Shown one piece after another: positions 62,301-64,000 of a stretch of 64,000 nucleotides of DNA. This DNA comes from Aplysia californica (lineage: Eukaryota): positions 2,817,757 to 2,881,756 of the forward strand of contig NW_004797271.1 in the NCBI RefSeq assembly GCF_000002075.1. The letters are read 5' to 3'. Positions within the stretch are counted from its first letter, which is position 1. Every line of letters begins with the position of its first letter. The notes beneath the pieces are model-generated. The model did no database searches and was not told the origin of the DNA. It saw only the letters and a list, made by a program, of their open reading frames with translations. A program made the position numbers and the translations under genes.

Positions 62301-64000
62301 TCTAATCTTGGACACTTATGTTATCTTATTGTGTTACAAGTGCCATAAAACTCTTACTAAAACTAAAAGTAGTGTTGTGTAGCTGTGCTGTGTCCATTAT
62401 TTGTTCACCTGGGTATTGTCATCAGTCATTATCTGCTGAGAGCCAGTTTGCAGAGGGCCAACTACCCAACCCAGTAAAAGCAGTCAGTTACAGAAACACG
62501 GACAAACACGGCTTTTTATTTTTCGATCTTGGGGGATGGAGGAGCTTCTGCATTAGCAGGAACTATGTAAAAAAAAGTGGGAAGACATGGAATAACTTCA
62601 AGAGGGTAGCCCAGGATAGAGAAAGGTGGAAAGTGTTTATTCATGGCCCATACCCTGGTGCAGGGTGAGAAAGGCAATGATGATGAGGATTACTATCTAC
62701 ATTCTTGAATGAGTAGGGTGTTAATTTGTGTAATGAAGCCAAGTTTTCAAATATGGTTCGTCCGTCTTTCTTTATGAAGCCAAGGTGTGCGTTGTGGTAG
62801 ATTCTCAAACTCTCAACTATAAGGTCATGGGTTTGATGTTATGTGAACTTTACAAAAATTATTTATACTTCCGCATGGAGGGAATATGTACCCAGCTAAA
62901 ATAACAGTGAAAGATCTTCTAAGTCTGTTAGTGTTTAGTACGTATAATTGGCTGCTTGCATTGTATGCTTCCCAGGAAGCCAAGAAGGTTTCTGAGTGTT
63001 CTATGGTCTGCTGGGGTAGTAATTGTTTCAAAGTGCATAGAGAAAGCTGTATAGCGTGGATATCAATTATTATTGTTATCATCATTATTATTGTTGTCAA
63101 TGCGACAGTGGCAAACTTTTCTCTTCCAAAATTGATCTCATCGTCTCAGCAGAAGCCACAAGTCATCTTATCCTTTAATCCTTCTATTTCACTTGAGAAA
63201 TATTCTGTGGATGTGCTGGTCATTGTCAGACATAGAAGGGCCAGTTGTTATTATTGTAATAAGACGTCAATGTTTTGTAATAGTGCTTTTACTGTACTCT
63301 GATTTTGTATCACTTTTATTACAAATACCATGCTTTCTGTAGACAAGTGACTTGTTGTTCAGGTTGATGTAATGAAATCTTTTTTTTACTACCCCCACCT
63401 TGCCCTTGCAGGCAGACAAAGATCCACCGTTTCTTGGTGCGGGGCACAATAGAAGAGAGGATCTTCCACATGGTGAAGACACTGCGTAATTCCAAGTCTG
63501 GGCTGAGAGACGAGGAGGAAGGTGTAGAACTCACAGTCGGTCACATCTCCTCCCTGCTTCAACAACCCAGTCCTGATGAAGACGACAGTGATGAAAATGA
63601 CGATATAGTCCTTCCTGGAAGCTCAAGTTCTGGTGCTCAGTCAAGTGGTGCAGTAAGTGGCAGTGTGGGTGATGCTGGTGCTGGCGGAGTAGTGGGGAAT
63701 GGTGTAGCAGACGTGAGTGAGGCAGGACCTAGTGGGACGAGGAGGAGCCCCCATGCTGGTGGTGACAGCTCTCACTTGACTGGTGGAGAAAACATGGAGA
63801 TGGAGCTGCAACAGAACAGTGGCTCTGCTAGTGAAAGTGGTCATAGTGTGGGTGTAAGCTCTGGTGCTGGATCTTCTGTGCGTGCCACTGAAAGTTCAGA
63901 AATTGTGCCAGGTGATGCTTGTGTTAACACTGACGTCGAGAATGTGAGTGCAGTGACAGAAAATATCAATGGGGATGTTGTTAGTCCTGCTGCTGAAAGT
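30845..64000 (+). CDS. SHPRH: E3 ubiquitin-protein ligase SHPRH (SNF2 ATPase, PHD, RING, helicase C); 3' end beyond window
   Basis: Phase-consistent GT-AG exons: 30845-31453, 31911-32082, 33599-33832, 34370-34442, 35352-36570, 36966-37073, 37688-37814, 38864-38943, 39886-39930, 40431-40509, 42638-42801, 43664-43771, 44349-44423, 44776-44858, 45844-45970, 46781-46957, 47803-47910, 48785-48921, 49683-49856, 50869-50937, 51402-51532, 52323-52396, 53204-53347, 53665-53769, 54129-54194, 54758-54940, 55699-55791, 56855-56941, 61502-61680, 63412->64000. Motifs LRHYQ, GGILADEMGLGKT, PHD, VEWWRICLDEAQ, WCVTGTP, LRQACCHPQ, RING CPIC..CGHCYCLRC..CPVC, GSHSTKV, LLLPLHSGANGLNL, QAISRVYRIGQ. Confidence 0.96.
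35352..36570 (+). CDS. SHPRH: SHPRH large exon: Walker A, acidic low-complexity insert, PHD finger
   Basis: GGILADEMGLGKTVE ... FFECNCG...CLQCGMSQHAECM...YLCPHC. Confidence 0.95.
38652..38825. mobile_element. Tc1/mariner-pogo-type MITE (family with relics at ~17190, ~39180, ~40792, ~47460-47647, ~49085)
   Basis: TA|CAGTCAAACCTG ... CAGATTCGACTG|TA. Confidence 0.7.
40900..41881 (+). mobile_element. 5'-truncated L2/CR1-group LINE (RT C-terminus, 3'UTR, (TAT)n tail) in SHPRH intron
   Basis: WMIENKLKLNDDKTE, SRIDYCNSLFAGLP, IQNNAARLV, HVTPLLKELHWLP, GPTVWNTLP; single in-frame TAA at 41299-41301; ends cttattattattatt. Confidence 0.92.
46620..46768. repeat. Imperfect AT-rich minisatellite (ttgattgataactggataaattt-like units)
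   Basis: Several degenerate ~24-bp units abutting the SHPRH acceptor at 46780. Confidence 0.6.
49248..49627. mobile_element. MITE with perfect ~32-bp TIRs
   Basis: gtgtgtgcctggagaaaggtcccagttgtcgg / ccgacaactgggacctttctccaggcacacac. Confidence 0.85.
50643..50820 (+). repeat. High-copy ~180-bp retroposon 3' end with (CTAAAA)n/poly-A tail
   Basis: Homologous copies at ~40150-40325, ~42460-42614, ~62190-62368, plus reverse fragments at ~1085-1265 and ~43790. Confidence 0.75.
51557..51875 (+). mobile_element. tRNA-derived SINE with conserved central domain and L2-like (TAT)n tail
   Basis: A-box tagtctagtgg, B-box-like ggttcag, gttgtgtccatgggaaaggca core, ctgtatgcttctcagga segment shared with ~62920-63050 (+) and ~42050-42175 (-). 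Confidence 0.75.
54758..54940 (+). CDS. SHPRH: SHPRH RING finger, second half
   Basis: WSVLMCGHCYCLRC...CPVCR; first half (CPIC) is in exon 54129-54194. Confidence 0.95.
57490..57720 (+). promoter_or_regulatory. Internal promoter and non-coding first exon of the transposon
   Basis: Two inverted CCAAT boxes (ATTGG ~57496, ~57536), YY1-like CGGCCATTTT ~57612, donor CAG|GTGAGT at 57714/57715 pairing with acceptor ttccttctcAG at 58632. Confidence 0.6.
58414..58573. mobile_element. Small TIR element with telomere-like core, copy 2 (inside the transposon's 5'-UTR intron)
   Basis: gttgcgggaagaattccataacgagctaccac / gtagtcgcgcgttatggaagttgctgagcaac around GGGTTAGGG repeats; homologous to 19197-19375. 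Confidence 0.65.
58646..60544 (+). CDS. Intact DDE transposase, 632 aa
   Basis: ATG 13 nt after the splice acceptor; basic NLS-like N-terminus, CPQC..CTTC Zn ribbon, candidate catalytic D (SYDGSWHTRGH), D (VCDGD), ECVNH, E (TQNANES), C-terminal YSAGGF; no stops or frameshifts. Confidence 0.9.
   Translation: MPATKSHSRSESKRGRTSKSRKEALKKARAARQIEKVQDESSAEFQVAPPAVSTSGSPPPSSSSSSSSVPEAAPSLPVPSTPLSASSRKLAYNAERHSASSEFLGSTVVELATLRPLFENLLCPQCTTASLKLTCDSKKTSGLAVFLEIYCTTCEQAVAMNYTSGKTDKVFTVNRRVIVSSLVNGSGYAGLAKFCEAMDMPTVHHKTYLNHQKKIHQQSVASSDKILLDTRDAIARAYPEQEGNGVLDIDVSYDGSWHTRGHTSNSGVGCVIENRTGLVVDFQVLSKHCHKCKAVGAHLEGEAYERFWAAHKDECDRNHTGSSGSMEQKAAVMLWQRSEERGFRYRSVVCDGDTNTIKQINEVKPYADVTVEKKECVNHVAKRLGTALRKLVEDKKKVKVTLGGHGKGKLTQAKIGKLQKYYIRAVRSHSTVAEMKTAIWASFYHCSSTNTKPRHDDCPKGTQSWCFFQKARAKGLPHPDHDKHMSTFISEFVAEHMIPVYTRLTDDELLSRCTGGNTQNANESVHSVIWARCPKHVFVGRQRLEIAVGLGVGEFNQGARATHYFLQELGLTIGVNTRKCGGQRDSIRKRKAEKANESVAKRRRDIRRTAQLREEQRLIEAEGGEQYSAGGF
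62560..62690 (+). mobile_element. RTE LINE 3' end fragment
   Basis: GKTWNNFKRVAQDRERWKVFIHGPYP* followed by a (GAT)n tail. Confidence 0.7.

Overview
Eukaryotic (animal, probably molluscan/gastropod by inference from its repeat landscape) genomic DNA with seven N-gaps. Two divergently oriented spliced genes dominate. BORCS5/LOH12CR1 (myrlysin) lies on the minus strand (4 coding exons, 10653-15559, about 229 aa). SHPRH (SNF2 ATPase-PHD-RING E3 ligase) lies on the plus strand (30 coding exons from 30845, still open at the window end). Between them is a CpG-rich, MITE-packed ~15 kb region. A late SHPRH intron holds a ~4.15 kb TTAA-flanked element with its own promoter, a 5'-UTR intron and an intact 632-aa DDE transposase, but no recognisable TIRs. 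Near the left end is an intronless, GC-rich 190-aa ORF whose last 62 residues are 45% Arg (protamine-precursor-like or viral-core-like). There are also many non-LTR remnants (I-group RNase H, L2/CR1, RTE), SINEs and non-autonomous DNA transposons (hAT, piggyBac-like, pogo/Tc1-like and unclassified). Gene identities rest on remembered motif similarity; no database search was run.
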